In this document: positions 39,008 to 49,131 of the stretch, piece by piece
How the letters are laid out: each line of letters starts with the position of its first letter
Position numbering within the stretch: the first letter of the stretch is position 1
Sequence record: NZ_CP012741.1
Strand: one strand, 5' to 3'
DNA from: a plasmid
Length of the DNA stretch: 64,000 nt
Notes under the pieces: model-generated
What the model was told of the DNA's origin: nothing
Databases searched by the model: none
Seen by the model: the letters and a program-made list of their open reading frames with translations, nothing else
Position numbers and translations under genes: made by a program

Positions 39008-41257
39008 CTATAACTTAACTTCAAGTCCAATTTTCCAGTTTATGCCAGGGGCAGTAAATCTATTTAAGCCAAGTCCATCCTGATCTACCATGTTGGTAGA
39101 ACCGAACTTTGGTATGCTACGTACTGAATCCCAGGTCTTGTATTTTTTATCCAAGATATTAAAAATGCCTGCGTTCATAGTGAAGTTTTTAGTTATTCTG
39201 TAGTTTGCGATTAAGTCAAGCAGAAAGACGCTGTCGTTAACGTAGCCCCACTCTTTTCCATCTCGGATGGTATCTTCCGCTTTCTTCTCACTTATATACA
39301 TTGAACGCAAATTCAAATCATAGTTATTGGAGACGTATTTAAAGCTGCCATTGACCTGCCAAGGTTGTACACTAATTAATGAATCACCATCGCTGCCCTT
39401 ACCCTTACTGTAGTTAAACGCGGAATTGAACCAAAGTTGATTGTCTAAAAGCAAATATGTCGATAGATCCACTTTGAATCTCAGATCGATGCCGTAAATG
39501 TATGCAGAGTCAACGTTTTTGTACTGGAGATGATTTTGTTCGAGGTACTTCTTTGGGAAAGTAATTGGATCATACCATGGGTTAGGCACCAGTTTTTGCT
39601 CTGCTTTCAAGTCGATAAAATCTTTGTAAGTTGTATAAAATGGACTAACCGACCAAGCAAGATCCTCTTTGCTATATCGAATGAGTATTTCATTAGTGAT
39701 CCCCTTCTCATCCTTTAGATCGGGGTTTGGCTCAACTCTATTGGCGGCAATTTCGTTACCATAAGAAAAATACAGTTCATTTGGGTTAGGTGCTCTAAAT
39801 CCAGAACTGACTTTATATGACAATCGCAAAGGATCGTTTACCTGTAAATCATATCTCACTGAAGCACTAATTCCATCAAAACTAGTATCTTCCGGTTTGG
39901 GGAAAGACTTACTGTAATGAGGTGTCGATATTGATTTTCCGTTAGTTTTCACTTTGTTTCTATAGTTGTCGTACCTTACGCCCATCGAAAACGTTTGAAA
40001 GTCAGAAACATCAAACTCATTTAGATAAGCAAAGTGATAATGTTTCGTATCCACTGGCTCAATAATACTATTATTTGTAACGTAAGTTTTATTCAGGAAT
40101 AAAATATCCGTATTATTATTTTCAAAGCTTTTTTTATTGAACCCGTAAATCAATGTTTGTGTAAACGGTAATGATATAACGTTCATCTTAGAAAATTCAA
40201 AATTCTGATTGAATCCAATCGATTTTTGGTCTTGAGAACGGTCGTATATTTGTTCTAATTCATTATTATCAAATTTATAAACAGAGCTTATTTTTTTTTG
40301 TTTTATTTCCTGGTAAAAGATTTTTGTGTCAATATTTTGTATGTATTTACCATCTTTATCATAATTCCAATCTATAGAGTATCTCGTTCGTTCTCCTTCA
40401 CTAGTATATAGCCTATGGTTAAACCCAAATAACTCCCACGAACGTTCATCAACAAACTTATCAACAGAGAAGTTTTCGTAAGTTAATTTCAAAATATGAT
40501 TATCGTTAAGTATGATATTTGACTTTACTAAAATATTGTCAGATTTTTTTCGGAGTGGATCAGGTTTCGAACGTGCTTTTCCATAAATATCATAACCACT
40601 ATCTTTCGTCTTTTGCTCACGTCCTTTTGTATATGTATACAGGAGCAGTAAGTCACCGTAATCTTGCTGCAGAGCAATACCTGAAGTCGTTTTAAACTCC
40701 GAGCGACTACTACTGTAAATAGTCTTATTATACAAACCGAAATCCTTATTAGATGAAATAAGATCACTCGCCTCTTTGGTTTCGTAAGACACTGCACCAC
40801 CTAAACTACCGGAACCGGTGAAGAGAGAATCAGTCCCTTTGTTAATATTGACAGTTTTAACAGAATCCAATTCTATTTCATTAATCGAACCATCGAAATA
40901 TCCGTATCCAACGTAAATGTCATTTTCGAAGGTTTCACCTTGATGGATACCATCTACAAGAATTGCGACCCTGTCCTGTTCGACACCTCGAATATTGAAT
41001 CCACTTGTTCCAGAGTTAGATTTTTGGACAACACTAACCCCAGGTTCATTACTCACAAGGTCATTTACATCTGACACTAAATTAGCATTGATTTCATCTT
41101 GTCCAATGCTAACATCAGACTCCTTTAAAACAGCATCTTTCGCACCTAAAACTAAAACTTCGGAAAATTGACTGACATCTTCTGCATAAAGATTAAAACT
41201 CAAAGGCACTAAAATAAATAATAAACTTTTCATTAAATTTCTGACATCTATCTTCAA
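39008..41257 (-). CDS. TonB-dependent outer-membrane receptor
   Basis: 749 aa with signal peptide, plug domain (GVSVVQKSNSGTSGFNIRGVEQDRVAILVDG) and a long beta-barrel. Lower GC than the tra region. Confidence 0.85.
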   Translation of the reverse strand: MKIDVRNLMKSLLFILVPLSFNLYAEDVSQFSEVLVLGAKDAVLKESDVSIGQDEINANLVSDVNDLVSNEPGVSVVQKSNSGTSGFNIRGVEQDRVAILVDGIHQGETFENDIYVGYGYFDGSINEIELDSVKTVNINKGTDSLFTGSGSLGGAVSYETKEASDLISSNKDFGLYNKTIYSSSRSEFKTTSGIALQQDYGDLLLLYTYTKGREQKTKDSGYDIYGKARSKPDPLRKKSDNILVKSNIILNDNHILKLTYENFSVDKFVDERSWELFGFNHRLYTSEGERTRYSIDWNYDKDGKYIQNIDTKIFYQEIKQKKISSVYKFDNNELEQIYDRSQDQKSIGFNQNFEFSKMNVISLPFTQTLIYGFNKKSFENNNTDILFLNKTYVTNNSIIEPVDTKHYHFAYLNEFDVSDFQTFSMGVRYDNYRNKVKTNGKSISTPHYSKSFPKPEDTSFDGISASVRYDLQVNDPLRLSYKVSSGFRAPNPNELYFSYGNEIAANRVEPNPDLKDEKGITNEILIRYSKEDLAWSVSPFYTTYKDFIDLKAEQKLVPNPWYDPITFPKKYLEQNHLQYKNVDSAYIYGIDLRFKVDLSTYLLLDNQLWFNSAFNYSKGKGSDGDSLISVQPWQVNGSFKYVSNNYDLNLRSMYISEKKAEDTIRDGKEWGYVNDSVFLLDLIANYRITKNFTMNAGIFNILDKKYKTWDSVRSIPKFGSTNMVDQDGLGLNRFTAPGINWKIGLEVKL

Positions 41258-41477
41258 AAAAAGAAGTTTTTAGACGTCCTCCTCATTTATAAAATTAGTA
41301 TTTAGATACGAAACCGAAACCGCGTAATTTCGTACGGATTATATCAAACTATTAAATACTTTATTATGGAAATATTACTTAAACCTAAATATTAATGATA
41401 TAGTATATGGTTATAATTAAACCATTAAATAAAGTCTTATTTAAAGGCGAGAAACACAATAAAATTTCAACTGTTAT

Positions 41478-42089
41478 GTCGTTCTAGCCTCAATGTTGTT
41501 ACATTATCCCTTCCCCCGATTAAGACTCATCAACGACTATTATTTATACAAATAAAGCATTGATCCATTTAACAAATGTTAACATCTAGCAGTGTTATGA
41601 CTATGACGCCGTCATATTGGCATAGTTATGCCAATCAATCAATAATGATTATCATTATCACTATTGTTTAAATGCGGCTTTTTGCGTAAGTTTAACTAGT
41701 TTGTGCATTGTAATTTTTTAGGCTTTGATGTGATGGACACTCCTCCCTTCCAGCTCCGATGTACCAAACTAATGGTGCAACCAGTAAGAACAGGAGTAAT
41801 AATCATGTCGATTAAATCACTGCGGAGTCATTTACCGTTAGCGATTGAAGATGCTGAGAATCAGTTGTCTCATGTTATGAGAAGTTTGCTTTAAACGCCG
41901 TACTGTAACCTTATCAATACCAGCGACGAAATTGATGAAGTTACTCAAAGCATAACCAGATTGAGCCAACAAAATCCAAGGTGTGAGGCAGTTAAGAATA
42001 TCCCTGGTTTTGGTCCGACTTTGACTGCTGCAATTGTTAATGAAGTAGGCTCTGGCAAATAGTTTCAAAATGGTCGGTAATTCTCAGCT
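41478..42089. mobile_element. left copy of a 612-bp near-perfect inverted duplication carrying an IS110-family transposase fragment
   Basis: Reverse complement of 44895-45523 with 3 mismatches. Encodes in shifted frames ...LRSHLPLAIEDAENQL... and ...IPGFGPTLTAAIVNEVGSGK, typical of the IS110-family C-terminal region. Continues as FQNGR.FSAW beyond the repeat. Confidence 0.7.
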
Positions 42090-42311
42090 TGGCGTGTTTT
42101 ATCAACCGGCTTTGAATAGACAGTGAGGAGCGGATTACATCATGGCGCTGGTCTGTTATTGACCTAGATAGACGTCGGATATATGTTAGCGACCGTACCA
42201 TTCAATTAGCAATTACAGCCAGAGGTTCGTCCATATATGTTGCTTAAATCGATGGAACTAAATCAAGAAGCCACGATCTGATCGGTTACTCTCATCAGTC
42301 GTCATAGCCTC

Positions 42312-42491
42312 ATGCCTAAAGCTCGTTACAAAACAACCAACTGGAAGCAGTACAATCCAGCCTTAATCAACCGTGGTTCTCTGACCTTTTGGATTGATGA
42401 GGAAGTGATCGCTGAGTGGAAACAAAGCACGCGGCTTGGGCATGGATCATGCGATATTACAACGCTAGATACAAGAAAACTCCCTAACTAG
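42312..42491 (+). pseudogene. IS5-family (IS903-group) transposase N-terminal remnant
   Basis: MPKARYKTTNWKQYNPALINRGSLTFWIDEEVIAEW matches IS903 Tnp (KITNWSTYNKALINRGSLTFWLDDGAIQAW). It stops after 59 codons and the rest is missing. Confidence 0.6.
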
Positions 42492-43120
42492 AAAGGACAT
42501 TCAGACGGCAGAAACATCCAGTCTTACCTTCATAGCGCACCGGCGAAAACTACGTGAAAATCAAGGGCATTTGGTGTACCTGTATCCCATCTGTGAGCCG
42601 TTCTATGTGTTCGCAGGCTAATTGTATCTAATAAATAGGCTCGTCCCGCGATTTTTCAAACTTTACGACACTACCTTTTTTGTGATAATCCACGACCCAA
42701 AGCACACAATTGCTTCATTAGCTTACTAACATCTTTGCGCCAAATTACGAGTGCATGTCTTGGTAAGTTCCAAGCTTCAAAAAAAGTTGCTTATGAAGAT
42801 TTATGGGAAATTACGACCATAAAGAAGAAGTTGCACTAAGCGAGGATAAAACACGATCATGAATATGCGAAGTGCAACTAAACTCATAATAGAGTAAGAA
42901 ATGCAACTTGCCAAGAACAACCTTATCCCTTCTATACAATATCCCAGAGAGGACATTTTAACATGGGATTGGCAGATTTTTGATCGGTTGAGCATCATTC
43001 ATATTTTAGGACTGATGCCCGTTTTGCTGGTGCAGAGCAACTAAAATATTGACCATGAAAGAAAACCTCTAATTTTCCGGTCGCTACTTATTTGTATTTA
43101 TTGTTCATAGGAATTTCTCC

Positions 43121-43507
43121 ATGAAAAAACTAAAAATCACGCTTCTGACATTATGCTCTATTTTTGCAACTCCTGCTTTTTCGGATATAAGCGTGCATGT
43201 TTTGGACACCAATAGAGGATTACCAGGTACTGGCATTGAGGTTCATTTGTTTGAGAAGGTGGATGCTGAATGGAAGCTTTTGGCAACAAAGACGACAGGT
43301 AAAGATGGACGTATTAAGCATTTTGATATCGGTGAAGGTAAAGAATACCGAGCTGTATTTAATGTTGATTCATTCTTTAAGGGACAAAAAGTAGAATCGT
43401 TTTATAGAAGTATTCCTGTTGATTTTAAAGTAGAGGATAAAAAAGCGCATTACCACATACCGTTGCTGTTAAGTCCTTATGCTTATTCAACATACCGTGG
43501 TAATTAA
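43121..43507 (+). CDS. periplasmic transthyretin-like protein / 5-hydroxyisourate hydrolase family
   Basis: Signal peptide. Has the HIUase/transthyretin signature including C-terminal YRGN (family YRGS) and HYHIPLLLSPYAYSTYRG. Confidence 0.8.
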   Translation: MKKLKITLLTLCSIFATPAFSDISVHVLDTNRGLPGTGIEVHLFEKVDAEWKLLATKTTGKDGRIKHFDIGEGKEYRAVFNVDSFFKGQKVESFYRSIPVDFKVEDKKAHYHIPLLLSPYAYSTYRGN

Positions 43508-43984
43508 ATGCGCTATAGATAAGTATTTAACGTAACTACACTTAGTGCGAACCTAGATTTAGACGCAAGAACAACTCCCAATTGGGAGCCGTTCTTCGTT
43601 ACGGAGTCACGCAAGTGCGATTTTACTCATCGTATTAGCTCTTCACAACCCACTTTGCCATACCAGTAGTTTTTTCAGTCTTTGCTAATGTTCGACTTTC
43701 CGAAAATGATAATTGTCCAAAAACGTGTTACACCGCCAAATTTTTCAACTCCTTGCTGCGTGGGTTTACATTTTAATTTCGCATTACGGATGATATGTTA
43801 AATGAGTGGCTGTTAACAAAAAGGCTTGATGGTTAGGAATTTCAATCCCTAACCACCAAGCTTTCGGGCGAGATAAAGCATTGTTTAATGAGTGATCGCA
43901 CTAAAGGTAAACTGAACTAATGAGGATTTAACCAGCTAATTGGTCGTTTTTGCGTCTATTTTCCTGATTTTAGATAGATTTATC

Positions 43985-44931
43985 CTAGGCTGGCACACCA
44001 AGACGCCGTGATTCGCGTATGCTCATTCGGCGATTATTCAGTAGCTCTCGATTTTTTGAACCCGCTGTAAAACCGGTAAACACCATTCTTTTTCCGCACA
44101 ATACACACTGATACGGGTCGTTACCTGTAAAGCCTTTGTATTGTTTCGCATACGTGAGCAGCTCTGGCTGCTTTGGTGCTTTCTCTCCCAGAGCTAAATA
44201 CACCAGAGGAAGCAACCGCCCCCGTTTTCGGTTCGACAGAAAACCGTAGTAACGCACCATTTTCAAATGGTGCTGTGGGATATGGCTCACGTACCGCAAT
44301 ATCATTTATTCTTGTGTCAACGTTTTCGTTTTGTATTTGCCATCTCGATGGTCTAGATACTTAAACACCACTGTGCTTCCACTGTAATGACGCAGTCTCG
44401 ATGCGGATATCGGGGGGCGCTTCAGGTAACGACCCAGATAATTTACCGTCTGTTTTAGTTCTTGCGTTTTCTGAGCAAATTCCAGTAACGTTGGTATTGG
44501 CGCTCTAAGAAGAAGTGCCATTGGCGAGAGTCCTGGGTGTGGTTTGTGCTCGATGTCAATAAGTTAAGCTCGCCGTACTTTCGTCTGAGTAACCCGATTA
44601 AGCATCGGCGCCAGTGGTATTCCACATGCTTCTTTTTAAAGTAGATGGACCGCCAGATGTTGTGCTTATCTAACCCTCCTCGTGTCACGGATAAGTGAAT
44701 GTGCGGATGCCAGTTGAGACCGCGACCGTAGGTATGGAGCGCACCGAATATACCAACTTCAAGCCCATGCTTCTTCGCCCACTTCAGTAGTGTGTCTGCC
44801 GCCAATGAGAACAAGTCATTGAGCAGTGTCGGATTGGCTTCGAAGATAGGCCTGAGCTCGCTCGGCATGGTGAACGTGATGTGTTGATGCTCACAGTATG
44901 GCATGGCATCAAGCTGAGAATTACCGACCAT
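43985..44931 (-). pseudogene. IS91-family (HUH Y2) transposase, frameshifted into three pieces and N-terminally truncated
   Basis: Fragments carry HTYGRGLNWHPHIHLSVTRGG (HUH), NYLGRYLKRPPISASRL and VRYYGFLSNRKRG...CVLCGKRM. The N-terminus is cut by the right copy of the 612-bp repeat at 44895. Confidence 0.7.
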
Positions 44932-45523
44932 TTTGAAACTATTTGCCAGAGCCTACTTCATTAACAATTGCAGCAGTCAAAGTCGGACCAAAACCAGGGA
45001 TATTCTTAACTGCCTCACACCTTGGATTTTGTTGGCTCAATCTGGTTATGCTTTGAGTAACTTCATCAATTTCGTCGCTGGTATTGATAAGGTTGCAGTA
45101 CGACGTTTAAAGCAAACTTCTCATAACATGAGACAACTGATTCTCAGCATCTTCAATCGCTAACGGTAAATGACTCCGCAGTGATTTAATCGACATGATT
45201 ATTACTCCTGTTCTTACTGGTTGCACCATTAGTTTGGTACATCGGAGCTGGAAGGGAGGAGTGTCCATCACATCAAAGCCTAAAAAATTACAACGCACAA
45301 ACTAGTTAAACTTACGCAAAAAGCCGCATTTAAACAATAGTGATAATGATAATCATTATTGATTGATTGGCATAACTATGCCAATATGACGGCGTCATAG
45401 TCATAACACTGCTAGATGTTAACATTTGTTAAATGGATCAATGCTTTATTTGTATAAATAATAGTCATTGATGAGTCTTAATCGGGGGAAGGGATAATGT
45501 AACAACATTGAGGCTAGAACGAC
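44895..45523. mobile_element. right copy of the 612-bp inverted duplication (IS110-like fragment)
   Basis: Reverse complement of 41478-42089. The track ORFs 44933-45163 and 45107-45298 mirror 41838-42068 and 41703-41894. Confidence 0.7.
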
Positions 45524-45639
45524 TTGGTTATGACTCAAATAGATTGATGGGTGTTAATATAGCTACCTGATTTCTGATGTTTTTTAACTCATTGCTACTA
45601 TCCAAGTTCAATGTTGTTTCTGTAATAAAACTGAGCCTG

Positions 45640-46075
45640 TCCGTAAACATGGAAACGGGCATTCTGGCTTTCCTCGTTTCAGGAGTGTCGAAAGAGCTTT
45701 CAACTCTATTACGTTTACGAAGTCCGCAAGCTAGATGTAAAAGAAAAAATCGCCGATTGCTTTGGTATGCATAAGAGCTACGTTATAAGCGCATCATTAC
45801 TCATGCATTTAGTAAACGTAATACGGATGCATTGCGAGCGCTACTAACTTTACTAAAGCCGTTCGAAATCAGCTTTTTTCTCCGATGACTTCAGTGCCTA
45901 CACGAAAGAGCGACCAAGAGAGGAGCACGTTGTAGATAAAAGGTTCACTCAACGAATTGAGTGAACCCATCTGACATTACGTTCAAGATTGAAGCGCCTT
46001 GTTCGTAAAACGATTGGCTTTTCAAAATCAAAATAGATGCATGATAACGTTATAGGGACGTTTATTGAGCGGGAA
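45640..46075 (+). pseudogene. IS1-family (InsA/InsB) remnant
   Basis: Degenerate frames give ...KRFTQRIE.THLTLRSRLKRLVRKTIGFSKSK.MHDNVIGTF, matching the InsB C-terminus ([42 protein letters not shown]). Upstream is GVSKELSTLLRLRS, InsA-like. Confidence 0.5.
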
Positions 46076-46131
46076 TTCTACATTTGAGTCATGACCAAAC
46101 CATTTATGGAAACTACGGAGTTAAATTAAAA

Positions 46132-47529
46132 ATGAACAGAATCAAAAACATATCTTTACTCATATTAATTAGTATAGGGTTAGCCGGATGTAATGGCTCA
46201 TCAGAAGGCAAAAATTCTTTAGATGGGGCTGGGGAAGATGGGAAGGCTATTATTATACCTAAACCTTTATCCTTCGACAAAAACATGAGGAAAAACCATC
46301 TAAATCTATCTCCTGACTCTCCTCTAGGCGATTACCGTGTATCTTTGAGTTACCAAGGAAATGTAATGGCAGTGGTTAACACTGGTTCTAAAAACTCTAA
46401 CGTGAGAATGTACACCAAATCGAATAGTAAATGGGTTCTCTCTAATAGCATTGTATCCGATAGCCGGACTTTCGGGGCTGGCGTTACGGTTAGTTCGAAT
46501 GGTAAATACGTATTTATCACTGATAAATATGAGGATAACAATGGTGTCGAAAATACAGGTAAGGTTCTAGTCTATAAATATAACGGAAAAGAATTTTTCG
46601 TCGCCCAGGAATTAATTAGGACAGATACAAGAGAAAATGGAAATTTTGGAAGCAGCATTTCTGTTAGCTCTAATGGAAAGTTATTAGTTGTAAGTGCAGC
46701 TCAAAACACCCCCTCTGAAGGTAAGAAGGGAGGAGTTTACACATATAAACTTAACGAAAACCTCGATATGTGGGAATTTGCCCAAGAATTAGATTTTAAT
46801 AAAGACGAGCCTTACTTCGGGGATGACTTAGCAGTTAGCGGAGATGGAAGCACCATTATCGCTTCAGACATATACGGGAACGTATATATCTATGGCAACG
46901 ACAACGATAAGTTTGTTAGAAAAGCGACTTTAAGAATAGAAGCGCCTGTTTCTTCCATCTCTATAAATCAAAACGGAACGTCATTCACAGTATCAGATTT
47001 TAATAGTCAGCTATTTCACTACGAAACAAAAAATGGTGCATACTCAAAAACATTAATAACTAAACCTATCAGCGATAAGGTTTACGATAGTTACCCAGGT
47101 TACAAGTTTGCGGAAAAAGCACAGATAAGCCAAAGCGGAGATGTAATTTTAGTTTCTGCAAATTCAGATTTCTACGCTCCTCCTGCCGATTCTATAGTTA
47201 GCGGAAAAACCTTGACAAATATACTTACCAAGAAAGAGGAATGCTCACCTAAATATTCTTGGAGTAATGAAACAACTAAGATTAAGACTGGCGCTATCCT
47301 TGTTTACAAACGAAACGCGAGCGGCGATTGGATTCTACATCAATATATGAAGCCTGATCTATCTAAAATTCGTTCATACAAAGGAAAGGATATTTGCGAT
47401 CAAGATTATTTGAACGGTTACAAGGGAGAGCGCTTTTTAGAGAACGGAATTTCATTCTCTCTTTCCGGCAGTTCTTTGGTTCAGACGACGATCAATGGGA
47501 ATATATTCGAATATACCAACCAGCAATAG
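46132..47529 (+). CDS. FG-GAP/beta-propeller repeat lipoprotein
   Basis: Start MNRIKNISLLILISIGLAGCNGS (lipobox). Repeated FG..V.VSS.GK.L.V.. motifs (FGAGVTVSSNGKYVFITD; FGSSISVSSNGKLLVVSA; FGDDLAVSGDGSTIIASD). Confidence 0.6.
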   Translation: MNRIKNISLLILISIGLAGCNGSSEGKNSLDGAGEDGKAIIIPKPLSFDKNMRKNHLNLSPDSPLGDYRVSLSYQGNVMAVVNTGSKNSNVRMYTKSNSKWVLSNSIVSDSRTFGAGVTVSSNGKYVFITDKYEDNNGVENTGKVLVYKYNGKEFFVAQELIRTDTRENGNFGSSISVSSNGKLLVVSAAQNTPSEGKKGGVYTYKLNENLDMWEFAQELDFNKDEPYFGDDLAVSGDGSTIIASDIYGNVYIYGNDNDKFVRKATLRIEAPVSSISINQNGTSFTVSDFNSQLFHYETKNGAYSKTLITKPISDKVYDSYPGYKFAEKAQISQSGDVILVSANSDFYAPPADSIVSGKTLTNILTKKEECSPKYSWSNETTKIKTGAILVYKRNASGDWILHQYMKPDLSKIRSYKGKDICDQDYLNGYKGERFLENGISFSLSGSSLVQTTINGNIFEYTNQQ

Positions 47530-47697
47530 GCACTTAGAACCTATATCAATAGGATTTGTCTGAGTTAAATCAACACCTATTGAGAAAAGAGTCCTGAAAA
47601 AGTAGCGAAGAACACCTTGTTGAAGCTCAAAAACTGAGTGCGAAGCTAGAAGGTCAATTAATGCAAAATCAAAAGAAGTAAGAGAATATTAAAAAAT

Positions 47698-47737
47698 ATT
47701 TACACCTTAATCGTATGCATACGATTAAGGTGTAAAT
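47698..47737. repeat. 40-bp perfect palindrome (20+20) flanked by A- and T-runs; bidirectional terminator-like
   Basis: ATTTACACCTTAATCGTATG|CATACGATTAAGGTGTAAAT, directly after a truncated C-terminal gene fragment (...EEHLVEAQKLSAKLEGQLMQNQKK*). Confidence 0.6.
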
Positions 47738-48381
47738 TATATTATGAAATCATCTTTACATGAAATCATAGCTCGCTGATAGAAAAGAGAAAATGCTGAT
47801 TAATTCGGGTGTACAGCGATATGCGCTTGATGTGTTTCTGCATTCCTCTCTTTCATTTCAGCAAGGAAAAGTCCGTGCTGATTTATCGAGTTGATAAGTT
47901 CCGGTGCTATCATCCAACTGGATGAGCATTGAAAGCAGAGCAACTTATTTTTGCTGATGCTCAAAGCCATACTCTCTGATCTTCATTATCTAAACGTTCT
48001 TGCTCTGTCATGGCGAACTTCAACACTTCTCGTAACCGCTTGAAGGTAAGGAGTCTTTGAGTTTCCTTACCTTCAAGATAGCGATGCTACGCATCGAGCT
48101 AGGGCGCTATTAGTCCATTGATTTTATTATCATTCAGAGTGCGCTATCCTCCCCCTTTCAGAAAACAATTCAACCTATCAACACTCTCATGAAAAAAGTA
48201 AAACTCGGCTTCTATGCCGTAAAATTCGGCTCGGTCGCACTTTGCCACGGCGCATCTTTGGTTGTCACTCACGATAAAAGCACATTGCGAGAACTGGCTC
48301 CGGTCAACAAAGGTCATGTATAGAGCGTCAACTAGCTTGACCGATCCAGCGTCAATTAGCTTGGCCGGTTGAGACCCTGTT

Positions 48382-49131
48382 TTATAGTAGGTTTCGTTGC
48401 GCTTCTTTCCTCCTGTAACTTTCCCCTTGGCATTGCAAGATTTTCGCGTGATGGATCAGTCTATCTATGGCTGCCACCGTCATCACTGTATTGTCGAACA
48501 GTTCATCCCACTCCTCGAACGATTGATTTGATGTAATGATTAAGCTATATCGTTCATAGCGATGGGCTATTAGCTCGAACAGCACGCTTGTCTCCTCACT
48601 CGTTTTTTGGACATAACCTATATCATCTAAGATAAGCACACTGTACTTATCCAGCTTCATTAAGGCTTCTGATAGTTTCAGCTCTTCCTTCGCTTGTTGA
48701 AGTTGCTGTACCAGTAAGTTTGCACTCATGAACTTAACCCGCTGACCATGCTCGATCAGCTTGTATCCAAGCCCAGCAGCTAAATGCGTCTTGCCTAACC
48801 CACTGGCTCCGAACAGTAAGAGGTTGTCGCCCGTTTTCACCCATTCTCTATGGTTGGCTAAGTGCCACACTTGTCCTTTGTCTATCCCTCCCACCGCGGT
48901 AAAGTCATAGTTATCAAGGTACTTGCCCGCTGGAAGGTTGGATTCCTTTAAGTGGCGCTGCAAGCGCTTTTCTTCTCGGCTATCTAGCTCTAGTCGGCAT
49001 AACTCAGCAAGGTAACGTTCTACCGACCAACTTTGCTCGCGAGCCTTATCTGCCATTGGCTCCCATTGGGAGACAAGACTACTGAGGCGTAACGATTTGA
49101 GAAGAAGAGGGAGGATATGCTGCTCTGACAT
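48382..49131 (-). CDS. istB: IstB helper ATPase of IS21
   Basis: 249 aa, Walker A LLLFGASGLGKTHLA, DnaA-like AAA+. Confidence 0.9.
   Translation of the reverse strand: MSEQHILPLLLKSLRLSSLVSQWEPMADKAREQSWSVERYLAELCRLELDSREEKRLQRHLKESNLPAGKYLDNYDFTAVGGIDKGQVWHLANHREWVKTGDNLLLFGASGLGKTHLAAGLGYKLIEHGQRVKFMSANLLVQQLQQAKEELKLSEALMKLDKYSVLILDDIGYVQKTSEETSVLFELIAHRYERYSLIITSNQSFEEWDELFDNTVMTVAAIDRLIHHAKILQCQGESYRRKEAQRNLL

Noticed and set aside
41703-42068. ORFs 41703-41894(+) and 41838-42068(-) and their mirror images 44933-45163, 45107-45298
   Set aside because: Lie inside the 612-bp inverted duplication. The real coding signal there is a frameshifted IS110-like transposase fragment in other frames.
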